A stretch of DNA of 64,000 nt from the human T2T-CHM13v2.0 reference genome, Homo sapiens, in assembly GCF_009914755.1 (NCBI RefSeq), contig NC_060927.1, one strand, 5' to 3'. Below are positions 25,500 through 39,061 of this stretch, one piece after another. Made by a program: the position numbers and the translations under genes. The notes below the pieces were generated by a model. It was given only the letters and a program-made list of their open reading frames with translations, did no database searches and was not told the DNA's origin. The number at the start of each line of letters is the position of its first letter. Position 1 is the first letter of the stretch.

Positions 25500-25860
25500 T
25501 ACGGTGAGCCATCATTGGAAGTTGTTTTCTCATTCCCAGCTCCCCTTGCATGCAGCTATTTTTGCCAAATGAATATGAGCAGAAATGATGTCCATCATTT
25601 CCAGGGTAGGACCTATACTCCGGTAGTGGGATTTTTCCATGTTCCAAATTCCCATCTGACTGGCTATACACAGACGATGCCCTGGAAATTGAGGAACCAG
25701 ATATTCCAATTGCCTGGGTTCCTGTTTCACCACATCAAAGATCACCTGTTAACCAGGGGTACATTTAGCCAATACCTGAAAACTGTTCTTCTATTATAGG
25801 AAATATAAGTTAAATAAAATGTGGGGATTTGTTTTTTCTCACTAAATGTACTTGACTATA
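25500..25860 (+). mobile_element. Old MLT1 (H/J-like) LTR
   Basis: cattcccagctccccttgca...gccaaatgaatatgagcagaaatgatgtccatcatttccagg...ggggatttgtt...cttgactata. Confidence 0.5.
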
Positions 25861-25975
25861 GGCTCCACAGCATATAGGATGCTACAATGCTGAAAGTCCA
25901 AAACATACATTTGTTGATTAAGGGTATAAATCTATTGAACTAAAGTCATATGTTTATGCACTTGCCTTAGAGGAG

Positions 25976-26477
25976 TGTTAGATATGAATTCTAAATTTCT
26001 TTTCAAAGAATCAATATGTCAGTGTGTTCAATTCTTTGCCTTCTACTTTTAAACTTAACTTCCTCTTAAAGCAACCTTTTGCAATTACCTGCTCCACCCT
26101 GACTCATTCCAATTACCTGCTCCACCCTGACTCATTCCGATTACCTACTCCATCCTGACTCATTCTGATTTCCTGCTCTGTCATAACCATTTTTCCCACC
26201 AAACCTCTCACCCCATCACTCACTTTAAATTAGCCAATTGGAATTAGTTTAGCCTGTGCAGTCTAACCCTAGCCAATAGGGGAATGACACAGCAGCAGGG
26301 GCCACCTGCTTCAGGGATAAGAACCCCTTCCCCTCCCTTGTCCAAGCGTGTGCTCACTATTGCTCCATCTGTAAGGGCCCACCCTTCTGTAGAAGTACCT
26401 TGCCTTGCTGAGAATTAAAAGAAAATTTTATATTTGAGTGCTATTTCTTTTGTGGCACTGAAACTTTACATATAAGA
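25976..26477 (+). mobile_element. LTR10F-type (HERV-I family, ERV1) solo LTR, intact
   Basis: Starts tgttagatatgaattctaaatttcttttcaaagaatcaatatgtcag; internal 28-bp VNTR; CCAAT at 26234 and 26273; ATTAAA at 26414; ends aaactttacatataaga. 4-bp TSD GGAG at 25972-25975 and 26478-26481. Confidence 0.9.
26083..26180 (+). promoter_or_regulatory. LTR10 VNTR: 3 full 28-bp units plus a partial unit, each full unit with an AP-1 site (TGACTCA)
   Basis: Unit attacctgctccaccctgactcattcc(a/g); TGACTCA at 26100-26106, 26128-26134 and 26156-26162. Confidence 0.85.
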
Positions 26478-26563
26478 GGAGTAAATATTTTATATATCAA
26501 TACATAGTAGAAGTAATTACAGTTATCTTTTCCTTCTCCCAAGACATAATAGGATTCCCCTTA

Positions 26564-27103
<540 letters not shown>

Positions 27104-28249
27104 TTAAAAGGGTTAATAAAAGGAAGAAGAAAAAAATAAACTTTAGTGGTGGAAAAATCATGATGGCAAACTAGCATTCCACCTAATTATTTCTAGATCT
27201 GGCCTAATTTATATCCCTCAAAATAAACCCTCTATTTAAAATTAAAAAAAATAGAAACCTAATTTAAGATTTTTTCCCATTAAACTTAAAGAAACTTTTC
27301 ATAAATTGGGACATTTTAAGACAGATGCAATTGGAAAGCAGCATGTTATATTCAATAATATATGATGACAAAATAAACTCACTCAAAGGAATCTAAAATA
27401 TTCCTAAATTTTTTCTAGAAATTTTCACTCATTCTTAATCTTCTTTATGTGAACATTTCAATGCATTTTAAAATATCTGTTGTATAATGATTAGGTTTTT
27501 ATGTTTTTTTATTGTATTTCAGTTAGCAAAGTTTGAAATGGCAAAAATGCAGTTTATTTTTGTACCATACTTAAGGTTTTAATTACAGATTTTCTTTTTT
27601 ATCTTTAAATCAAACCCAGTAAAAACAGAGACAAAATTTATTGGTGTTATAGGCATTGGAATAAACCCATTTAATATCTGTAGCCATGAGTAAAAATGTA
27701 GATGCTTTTTATAGAAATCAAAAATAAATCTGACAGCATGAAAAAGTCGGGAAGGAAATATCAATAGCTACCAAGTACATGAAAAATCATTATCTACCAA
27801 GTACACTAACTAGACATTGATCAAATGATTTAATGAATAATTTAGTTAATTTTACACTTGCTTTGAAAAGACGACCCATCAAATAAAAAAATGGCTGGCT
27901 GGGTAAATTAAACTTTTACTTTTCATTTGAATACATAGTGCAAGCTATGTATAGTTGTGGCAGAACTATTTTTCTATGTATTTGTTTTCTCCTAATCATG
28001 GTCAAGTGTTGGGAACTTATGCCCAGAATATTCATTATTCCCTCATTATCAATAAATCATAAATATATATTGTTACATGCATCTTGGTCTTGGTTTGGAA
28101 AAATGAAATTCAAATAAACAGAAAAAAATGGATTTACATATTCTTCTTCTTTGCTCTGTTCTCAACAAGTAGTGATTATTTGAGACTTTACATCACAGTC
28201 ATTAGTAAGTATTTTGGAAACAGTAAGAAATACAATAACGAACATTGGG

Positions 28250-28402
28250 ACTGTTATATTAGTTCTGTCATTAACTTTCTTTGTGAGACCAGTCAAGAAA
28301 TTTAATCTCCGGTTCTCAGGTTTTTAATGAAGATAATTTTTCTACCATATCTCAAGAGTTGTTACAAAACTAAAAAGAGATAATGTTATATAAAATCCTG
28401 TT
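28250..28402 (+). mobile_element. MIR fragment
   Basis: ttctgtcattaact...gtgagaccagtcaagaaatttaatctcc...ctcaagagttgtt...gagataatg. Confidence 0.45.
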
Positions 28403-28879
28403 GAACATAACTATTTTTTAATAATTATACTTCAAGGTTTGGAGCAGATACACTTTCCATTTTCTTTCCTTCATGAAAATGAGTGAGGAGTCTGTTTTAA
28501 AAAGAAGAAGAAATGATCAAGAGCAAGGGGCTCAAACCCCACGAGAAATCACCTATTCACCAAAAGAGGGGAAACTACCTCTTGACACACAACGTGTTGA
28601 AAGCTCTTTTTAAAAGCTCTGTTTAGAATACCATCTGGTCCCAGCATGCTTCATAAAGCAAAGAAAAGAGAGGATGATGGGGCTTGGCACATCTACAGCT
28701 CTCCCTGTTAGTGAAGGAATGCTTGCCATAATACTGGCTAATGGATGAAGAGCAAAATACAAAACAAGGAGCAGCAAGTGGGACCCAGTTCATTAGGCAA
28801 TGTCACCTACATGTAAATGGGGTCATGATCAACAGTATCTCAAAGACTAAGCATGCTTATGGGCTTCAGGATGTAGAAA

Positions 28880-29030
28880 ACATCCTGAGTATCCACTAAT
28901 AGGGTCTGGAGTAATAGACTTGAAAAGCAGCATTACTGAAAGAGTGAACAGATTGCTGGGCTGAACTACCATGGTGAGAGCCAGCAGCGTGGTGCCAAAA
29001 ACAGTCAGGACTGTTATGATACCTGAGTTA
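28880..29030 (+). mobile_element. Possible L3/CR1 fragment
   Basis: gacttgaaaagcagcattactgaaaga...gagagccagcagcgtggtgccaaaaa weakly resembles the conserved CR1 3' segment. Confidence 0.3.
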
Positions 29031-29465
29031 ACACAGAGATGATGCCAATGTGCCCAAGCATATTTTTTAGAATTAGAATGGCCCTTTAGTTAGAAATAAT
29101 AATAATAAATAGGCAGAAGTAGTTACCTTAAGGAATCATGTTAGCTTAATGCTTTCTTTAAGGGGATACATTGTATAGGAGAATATACTATTTACCTAAA
29201 CAGTTAGTATTGGTATTTGCCTCACCATTCAAAACTCTCTAAATGGAAAACAGCCATATTATGACAGGAGTGTCAGACTGCTTTTTTTTTTTAATGCTTC
29301 TCATTTCATTTTTTTACTCTTTGTTAGTTCCTTTACAACATAAAAGTTCACTCTTTAATGTCATAGAATCCTGGTTATTGGATCTTGTAAATCCTTGGGA
29401 AAAAATCTCATTTTTCCACTTACTGTCATACTTATGGGTAAGATACACGCCATCTGTCCAAAAAA

Positions 29466-29592
29466 CACGTGTGTACATACATGCATACACACGCCTGTGC
29501 ATACATACGCACGTGTGTATGCATATATATATACATGTGTGTACACACATACATAAACATGCACGTGTGTGTGCATACATACCCACATGCAC
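29466..29592. repeat. Alternating purine-pyrimidine (CA/TG/TA/CG mixed) tract
   Basis: About 125 bp of near-perfect RY alternation. Confidence 0.9.
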
Positions 29593-30299
29593 AGTGAATC
29601 TCAGAACCACCTGTGCAAACAAATCTTACAGTCTGAGATTATCGTGAACCTCTGGGGAAAGGTGGCTAGTTTCTAAGTCAGAATTGCAGAATCATTTGAT
29701 GTCCATAAACAGTAATTTTCCTTGACTCATTCTGCAATTAAAAGCAACTGAAGTGATACAATGGGAATACTTGGTGAAATACTCAGATACAGCATTCAGA
29801 ACAAGATGTAGGAAGAGGGAGAATGTAGTCACGATAAATATCTTCATTTGCAACAAAAATCACATAGCAGAGATTTGCAAGTAGAAAGGAATGCAGTGAT
29901 TTGTACTGATTTTTTTTTTTTTTACCAACACACAAATGAACAAAGGAATGTGAACAATGAAAGAGCTGAACTGTCAAAGCAGCAACCTCACTAGACCTGG
30001 GTAAGAAATTTTCTCTAACAACTATGGCAAGTTATTTCCTCACTGAGCTGGAGAGGGCAAGGAGGGAAAATAACTGTAAGTTTAGTATGATTATTAAAAA
30101 ACCTAATGAATAATTATAGTCCATTAAATTATTGTCTTGACGATTTTACTAACATCTCCTGTAGGTTCCATCCCACCTACTTTCCCTCTCCTCCCCTTAT
30201 GCCTTTTTTCCCCAACTGTACTTTATAGATACTAACCAAAAGAAAAAAGTAGTTAGGTGACAGGATTTGCTTTATATACAAAAAGATGTTCTGAATGTT

Positions 30300-30700
30300 T
30301 TATGGTCAGGAGAGGGTAGGTTGCACTGCAATAACAATCTCCAAAACTCAGTGGCTTGGCACCTCAGGTGTTTGTTTTTTGCTCACACAAAGTCTGCTAT
30401 AGTTTGGCATGACTTCAGAACAACGGGCCCTATGAAGCAACTCAGTTCATGTTGCTTTCACTTTTTGAACTCACCGTCTCAATATATTGTTTCCTCCACC
30501 ATTACCATAGCAGGCATGCAGACAGAGACTGGAAAATTCATCATGAATTCTTCACAGTCTCAGCTAAAAATTGACAGACATCAAATCTGTAACCACCTCA
30601 TAGACCAGACAGAATTAGTCATAGGGCCTTGTTCATCTGCTAGGGAGTTTTAATGTGCTGTTCTTTCTGTGCATAGATGGGGAAGATAAGTAGATGCAGA
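30300..30700 (-). mobile_element. Old MLT1 (K/L-like) LTR
   Basis: ggtcaggagagggtaggttgcactgcaataacaatctccaaaactcagtggctt...tttttgctcacac...gaattagtcatagggcc. Confidence 0.55.
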
Positions 30701-31499
30701 AAAACCCTCAAAATGGTTAGTAAAATACTTTCCTTTTGCAAAATTTTTATCTGCTTTTATAAATGTTACCTGGACAAGATTGGACATTCTATATAATTTG
30801 CAAAATGTCTTTTCTGGACAGTTTATCTCTTGTTTGCTTCCATTCCAAAATTGATTACATATTATTACAAATAAAATTATATTATTGGTTGCTTTGAGAT
30901 TCATGTAATTAATGATGTTTTTCTTTCTTTCTATGTCATCTATGATGTGCTTTTACAATATGATTTGCATATTTTATAAGGACAAATCAGAAAATACCGT
31001 GACTTAATTGCTATATTCTTCATCCTTGCACTTTGTGCATATACAATACAATAAACATTTTTACTGAAATTATGCTATTCTTGGTCAGTTAATGTGCTTA
31101 AATAAAAGCATGTTTTAAGTTACTATTTCCAAGTTAAGTAGTGTATCAATTAAATTAGTACAACTGAGCTGATTCTATTATAAAGGCATAAAAACTGATA
31201 CATTAATACTGGGAAGATAGTAGTATCAACAAATAATAAAATTCATCCAAAAACTTAATGTTCATTAACATTAAGTTCACTAACATGAAAATACGTAGTT
31301 CACTAACATGAGAATATTTTGCTCATAAAATGAAAATGAGAATGACTTTTACCAGTGAGTTCAGGGGCTGTAGTAAAGCCTTCTAGCAGAATGTATCCTA
31401 TGTTTAACAGAATATTTGTCCTTGTTTTCCTCTCTGTCTCAGCCAATCATCTTGAAAATGGTGACAATATTCAGTGTCTTTTTTTTTTGCAATTCATTA

Positions 31500-32625
31500 C
31501 CAACTCTCTCCTATCGTTTCACTGAAACTCCTCTGGTAACCTGCACCATTAATCTTCATATCTCTGTATTCATTGGACACTTTTCAGTCCTCATTCTACA
31601 ATGATCTCATTGCATTTCACAGTATTGATCTTTTCTTACTCTGGAAAACTACACCCTTCTCTTCTGTGATACAATATTTTTCTGATTTTTCTTCCACTCT
31701 ATTTGATCTTTATTCTTGGTTTGCTTTGTCAACCTTTTTCTTCCTCTCCCCATTACATAGTACTTATTTCCATGATTCTCATTTCTGCTTACTGAGTCTT
31801 TGTTCTTTTTAAATCTTCCTTTCTCTTCTGGGTGATGATTTTACTGTCATATTTTTAACAAAGACTATATGCTAGTAACATTCATATCTATGCATCTAAT
31901 TTTAATCTAGCATCTGGATTTCATATCTTCAAATGAAAGCGCTTAATGGACATACCTTTCTGGAAGTTCTCCAGATACTTCCAGTTCCACAAGTTCACTT
32001 CATCTTACCCTCCAGATTTATACACTTGAATATTATCTCATATATTGGCACTACTGTCTACACTGTTACACAAAATAGTCATCCTAGATGACTGTTTCTT
32101 ATTGTTTAAATCAATCAATTTATAAGACCTTATAATTTTATTTACACAAAATTTCTCATATCTAGTGGGTCTTCTTTATCCAAATTAATGAGACCCTAGC
32201 TCTGGTTCTCAATATTATCTTACCTAGATTACTGCAATACTTCGTCACTCAACTTGCCAACTCTAGAATTCCTGCTCTCAATACATATACTCTGATTATT
32301 TTTTTACCTCTGCCTGGAATATATATTTCCTAATTCTTTCCCAAGTCTTCTTTTCATTGATTATTACTCTTCTGTTAAGTTTCAGCCCAGGCGTAACTCT
32401 CTTTGAGGGGAGGCTTTCTAGACTTTCAGGGGAATCCTGGGCAGGCCAGCTTTGTTTGTTTATTCATTTCTTCAGCTTATGTAATGCTTACCTTGCTGCA
32501 TTTAACATTTGCTTTATACATCTCTCTTTTCGGTGAGTTGCTGGCTCTTTAAAGGCAGACATCCTTGAAGTACTGGTGCTGTGGACGATGTCATTTCCAT
32601 TCTAAGAATTCAGTAAGTGCCAGTT
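31500..32625 (+). mobile_element. L2 LINE fragment
   Basis: ttcactgaaactcctctggtaac...ggacacttttcagtcctcattct...ttacctagattactgcaata...cctctgcctggaat. Confidence 0.65.
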
Positions 32626-32961
32626 GAAGTAGACTGTCCTCTCCTTGCCAGCTCACCTACGCCTGCTTCACCTCATCAACTTCTCGCAAATAAATCTTTC
32701 ACCCCCTTACTCTTTTCTCTGGGAAGCTTCATTAAAAAATTTATATTTATGTTTAATGGAAAGAAAAAAATGCACCAGAACTTTATAGAAGACATACATT
32801 TATCTTCCATTCGATTCAATCAACTTCAGTTAGCCAAGAGGTAAAAATAGGTCCACCAGATGAGAAAGGCCTTTCTCTATAGGCTCTATAAGGAAGATCA
32901 GGCTGAGTAGGGAAGGGTAGGATACATGAGTGAAGGAATTAAAATTTAATGTCTTGTTAAC

Positions 32962-33229
32962 CTTTTTCCTTTTTAGTTGACACATCATAATTGTACATAT
33001 TTATGGGATAAAGAGTGATATTTCAATATATGTCTATAATATTTAATGATCAAATCAACATAATTAATCATCTTTATCACCTCAAACAATTATCATTTCT
33101 TCCTGCTGTGAATATTCAATATCCTCTTTTAGCTTTTAGCTTTTTGAAAACACACACTAAATTATCGTTAGCCAGATTCACCCTAGAGTGCTACAAAACA
33201 ATAGAACTTACTGCTCCCATCTAGCTGTA
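32962..33229 (-). mobile_element. L1MA-type 3' end fragment
   Basis: ttgacacatcataattgtacatatttatggga...cacctcaaacaattatcatttc...caatagaacttactgctcccatctagctgta. Confidence 0.82.
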
Positions 33230-35049
33230 GGAAGGGACTGGGGCTAGTTACAAGTCCACAGTCTAATTTTACAAAGTTTTTAACCACACAAAAAGTACTG
33301 TGATAATAAAGCCATTCCAGTTACAAACTTTTACCCTCCTCTTAAAATCGAATGATCTTTGAAAACCCTGCCTTCATGCCAACCACAGTTTCTACGATTT
33401 CCTTTTTCTGGGTCCTTTCTTTCATGGCCATTAGCCATTGCCAATTTTCACTTTTTAAAATGCTGGGATACAGGAACAAGAAAAGCAGATTTTTATTCCT
33501 TTCAGGGATTTCTCACTCTTCTTAGCCTTACTTCTAGGTCTCTGCCTATTTTCACCGAAGTAACTGTTGATAGCACTTCCTTTCTTTGAAAATAGTAATT
33601 AAAGATTCCTGTTTTCTTGGTAGGCATCTTGTTTGGAATCTCTATTTTCAGTGGTAATTAGCTCATCAGAGCACTCAATACCAACAGTAAGTTAATATAT
33701 TACTTCTTTTACAAATCAGCTACAGTGAACTATGTATCCAAATATTTACTATAGCAAATAGTATATGAATCAAGATTAGACAACAAATTTTTCAAGACAG
33801 TAAAATGTTATTTGCATGATGATAAATAGGTACACTGAGGTAATTGATATTTTTTCTGTCAGTATGATAATTTACATCTTCCACTAGGTTCAAACTGATC
33901 CAAAGCATGCAACAATATATTATAGGCAAACTTAACCAAGAAGAGAAAGAGAAATATTTTCTTAGAGAAATGTTCTTCTTCAGAGTAGTAAGAAATATTT
34001 ATAGATAATGTGGATGAAAATCCAAAAATAATATTTTGAAATGTCCCATACAAGTTTTTTTTCTGGATATCATATTCAAATAATATTAGCACTGTTTAGA
34101 CATCATGATCCTGTGTCTGCAGGTTTTATTTTATGAAGGAGGCTAACAGATGGAGCTACCACTTTGTCCTAACAGAGATTTTCTTAATTTCACAAGAGGT
34201 AGCCAGAAAATATAGACTGGAAAGATGCTTTTCCATACACCCACTCAGTAGTAGTTACAAAATGTCAAAGGAAAAAAAAAATAACTCAAGAGTTTTCACT
34301 TCTTCAAGCCCCATTTACCAAACCACTAGCATTACTTTGTTGTTCACTGCTCAGATTTTTATTATCCCCACTTACAAATGGTACCTGCACAGCCCAGAGA
34401 CTAAATCGTTCCAAAATATCTTGTTTGCAGATGCTCTCTTGCTTGTTTTCACTCAAGCATTGATTAGCTAATACTCTAAATAAGGAGTCTGATTTACTTT
34501 CTTTTGACTTGATGTGATTATCTGTTTAATGACTCATATTAAATATTTAACAAAAATATTTGTATGCATTACACAAGTACAATTTTGAAAATATTAGCCT
34601 TAAGTTAATTACTTACGTTTAATCTTTCCACTTCATGGGAATATAGTATAATAAATATCTTTACTACAATCATGCCATACTTGGGAAATGTATGTTTACA
34701 AAAAAAAATTATAAAACTAAGCATTGGTAACTATTCCCTAGTAGAACAGGGTATCATTAAAATCATTATATGTGCTATACATGCAGATATAAATGTAGGT
34801 ATCTTTAGAATGTAAAAATTCATGTTTCCCTTAAAATATTTAGATGTCTAATTGGATTGGTATAAGTAAACATGAGTAGTATGATCCATAAACATGTGGT
34901 TCCATTTTAATATAGTAATTTTTGAAGTATAATAAGTGAAATTATTTGGTAGCTAAGTTCACAAAATTTTTAATCAAATGAAATGTTCAAGATAAAAATA
35001 AGATACATAAAAGATAAGATAAAAATATAAGCTGATATCAGAAACACGC

Positions 35050-35510
35050 TGTATTATTTAAGATAAAGAATGACTGCAAGTAACAACTTAAATCATGGCG
35101 TGCCTCAAAAACAGAAGCTTATTTATGTTTGAATAAGTATTATTCTAAGATAAGCAGTATAGGGCTGATATGTCAGCTCCACTCCCTCAAAAAGCCAGTC
35201 TCCTCCCAGCTCAGGGTTCATCTTTCTAAGGTGTGGCGTTTGTTCTCACAACCCAAGATGGTTTCTGAATTTCTTGCAGCAGAATAAGATAAGAAAAAAA
35301 TTGTCATGGTGTAACTTCCTTTTAAGGAAAATTCCTAAATCTCCCACATAAAACTTCAAATTCATTGGGTAGAAATTAGTCATATGGAGTCATCTGGAGC
35401 CAAAGGGAGACTGAGCAGTGTTCTTAAACTGGATGTTCATATGTTCAGGTACAAGCCAGAGTTTCTAGTAAGAGGGGAAAATGAAAGAATAGACATGAAG
35501 GACAACTAAG
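35050..35510 (-). mobile_element. Old MLT1 (K/L-like) LTR
   Basis: gactgcaagtaacaac...aagcagtatagggctgata...ttcattgggtagaaattagtcatatgg...caaagggagactgag. Confidence 0.5.
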
Positions 35511-36477
35511 AGTCTACTGATCTTAAATTTTAATTACCATTTATAGAATCTGCCCTCAGGTAATTTTTAATATTTCATATTCAGAAATATTAAGCTAATA
35601 AAAATTTTTATTTGAATCATAATTGATAAATGTTTTACTAGGTTAAATAATTTTTTGAAGTGCATAATTATATTAAATGGGCCAAACATCATATTGTTTA
35701 GTATTCAGTTAATTCATTGCCTGATATATTAATATATATTATTGAGAACACTTTAAGGGATAATCAAATTGGATGTCGATTAATTGTTACAACATCCTTG
35801 GAGAGGGACCTTTGAGCAATGTGAGAATTATACAGATTGTACTCTGCTTTGCTGAAGTTAGAAAAAGGTACTTGAAGAGACTAAAGTCCTTATGTGGTTT
35901 CGTGGAGTGGAATTACCAAGAGACTGCTTCCTAGTAATTTGGGGATATTCCTGTTTCATTTACTATACCTTCTGTATAATGCGTTTCACTGTGTTGCTTT
36001 CCGTGTTTCCTGTAACAGTTAAGCCCAAGTGAAAAATAAGGGTTTTCATTAACTTCACAATAATAACACTCTTCATTTTTCATGATTAAGTTTGTTATAT
36101 CTTTACAGCCACTGTTAACAAATTATTTATATTCATTTTACAAATAGGAACCTGAGACTCAGAGCTTTTAAATCATCTAATAAATCACAAGACCTAAGTC
36201 GAAATCATGAACCAATGGACCTCAATGGTGTTTTTGCATACCGTTGCTTCCAGAAGACATGAGGTTCTTTCTCATTTCTGTTAAGCTTCTTCTACACTAG
36301 AGCAGAGTACATTTTAACTCCAAGGAGTGAGTTTGGTTTTTTTTTTTTTTTTTTTTTTAACAACTTCTCTTATTAAGTTCAGTGTTTGTGTAATAGGGAC
36401 TACTTTTTTTTGAAATATATTAATGTTTTTTCTCATTCACATTTCTTTATATATCCTTTTTCTCTAGTGATTCAGAG

Positions 36478-37010
36478 CAAGTGTTTTCTCAGAGCTGGCT
36501 TGCACTGATTTGGGAAAGCTGGTGATTAAATTTTCAGAAAATCTTGCAAACTGCTTGTTAAATGGAGGCATGTTAAAAATTAAATTCTGGCTGGGTGCGG
36601 TGGCTGACGCCTGTAATCCCAGTATTTTGGGAAGTCAGGGTAGGTGGATCACTTGAGGCCAGGAGTTTGAGACCAGCCTGGTCAACATGGCAAGAAACCC
36701 CATCTCTACTAAAAATTCAAAAATTAGCCAGGCATGGTGGCGCGCACCTGTAGACCTAGCTACTCGAAGGCTGAGGCATGAGAATGGCTTCAAACCAGGA
36801 GTCGGAGGTTGCAGTGAGTCGAGATCTCATGCCACTGCACTTCAGCCTAGGAGACAGAGTGAGACTCTGTCTCAAAAAAATAAATAAAAATATAAATAAT
36901 TAAGTTAAAATTAAATTCTATGAATTTACAACTAACAAACTATAGTAAAACAAAAATAATAAATACAACTCATCCTTCTTAATTATTTTACTATGTTTTA
37001 TTAATATCTA
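36478..37010. mobile_element. MER63-like hAT-Blackjack DNA transposon, split by an Alu
   Basis: gagctggcttgcactgatttgggaaagctggtgattaaattttcagaaaatcttgcaaactgcttgttaaa...aataaatacaactcatccttcttaattattttactatgttttatt. Confidence 0.7.
36589..36906 (+). mobile_element. Alu (AluSz6/Jb-like)
   Basis: Dimeric Alu with a 13-bp TSD AAAATTAAATTCT at 36576-36588 and 36907-36919. Confidence 0.95.
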
Positions 37011-37170
37011 TCCTTGAGAATGATTCATGTGCTGAGGAGTAGAGTGTGTATTTTGCAGCCATTAGATGAAATTATTTTCTAAACATCTATCATGTCCATT
37101 TGGTCTACAGTACTGATTAAATCCAATGTTTCTTAGTTGACTTCTGTCTGGGTGATCTGTTCAGTGCTGA

Positions 37171-37653
<483 letters not shown>

Positions 37654-38837
37654 ATAATGACATTCTTTTATAGTTTTTGTCTTGAAATATATTATATTTG
37701 ATATAAGTATAGCTACTTATGTTCTTTTTTGGTTTTTATTTTCATGAAATATCTTTTTCCATCCCCTTTCTAAGTGTGTCTTTATATGCAAAGTGTGTTT
37801 CTGTAGGCAACAGGTTGTTGGGTTTTGTTTTTTATCCATTTAGCCACTCCATTTACATTCCATGTTATTATTGATAAGGAATGGACTTGCTATTGCCATT
37901 TTCAAGTTTATTTTCTGGTTTTGCAGTTTTCCCTTCCTTCCTTCTTGTTTTTCCTTTTATGAAAATGATTTTCTCTGGTGGTGTGTTTTAACTTATTTCT
38001 TTGCATCTTTTGTGATCTTCTGTACGTTTCTTCAAAATTTAAGGTTACCATAAGGCTTGCAAATAACATCTTATAACAGATTATTTTAAACTTATGACAA
38101 CTTAACTCTGATTGCAAAAACAATTTTACAAACAAGTAAAGAGAAAATTAGTTAAAACTGTACATATTAACTGCATCCCACTTGCTTTTTAACTCATTTC
38201 AATTTATATTCTATTATACTATATCTTAAAAAGATGTTATATTATACTTACTATTTTTGATCAGTTTATCTCCTAGTCTTCCTACTCAAGTTATGACTAG
38301 TTTACACACCACAATTACAGTGTTATAATATTCTGTATTCGTCTGTTCACTTACTGTTACCAGTGAGTTTCGTACCTTCAGATGAATTCTTAGGGCTCAT
38401 TAACATCCTTTCCTTTCAGACTAAAGAACTCTCTTTAGCATTTCTTGTAACATAGGTCTGGTGTTGACAAAATCCCTCAGCTTTTCTTTCTCTGGAAAGT
38501 ATTTGAAGAATATTTTCACTGGATATAATATTCTAGAATAAAATCTTTATTTCCCTTTAGTCCTTTGAGTATGTCACACCACTCTCTGCTGGCCTGCAAT
38601 GTTTCCACTGAGAAATCTGCTGTGAGATGTATTGGAACTCCTTTATATGTTTTTTATTTGTTTCTTTTTTTTTTATTTCTCTTGCTGCTTTTAGGATCCT
38701 TTTTTATCCTTGACCTTTGGGTGTTTAATTATAAAACACCTTCAGGTAGTCTTATTTGGGTTAATCTGCTTGGTGCTCTATAACCTATTTGTACTTGAAT
38801 ATTGGTATCTTTCTCTAGGCTTAAAAATTTTGTTAAT

Positions 38838-39061
38838 ATCTCTTTGAAAAATTTTCTATCTTGATATCTTTCTCTGTCTCCTCTTTAAGGCCAATATATC
38901 TTATATATGCCATTTGGAGGCTTTTTAAAAGAACTTGTAGATGTGCTTCTATCTTTGAAAAATGTTCTATTGTGATCTCTTTCTCTGTCTCCTCTTTAAG
39001 GCCAATATCTTTTATATATGCCATTTGGAAGCTTTTTTTCAAGAACTTGTAGATGTGCTTC
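38838..39061. repeat. ~112-bp tandem duplication inside the L1 ORF1 remnant
   Basis: ...tctttctctgtctcctctttaaggccaatat...tatatatgccatttgga(g/a)gctttt...aagaacttgtagatgtgcttc occurs twice in tandem; also visible as the repeated peptide in ORF 38833..39063. Confidence 0.92.

Noticed and set aside
26083-26180. 28-bp repeat array as a CRISPR array
   Set aside because: The units are head-to-tail with no unique spacers, lie inside a primate LTR10, and there are no cas genes.
29243-29647. 134-aa ORF and overlapping antisense ORFs
   Set aside because: They stay open because the RY microsatellite lacks stop codons, giving His/Thr/Val/Cys low-complexity peptides.
31274-31316. Small tandem duplications (agttcactaacatga x2; also ~11798-11850, ~27768-27807, ~53938-53980)
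   Set aside because: Ordinary slippage micro-duplications of 20-35 bp with no further structure.
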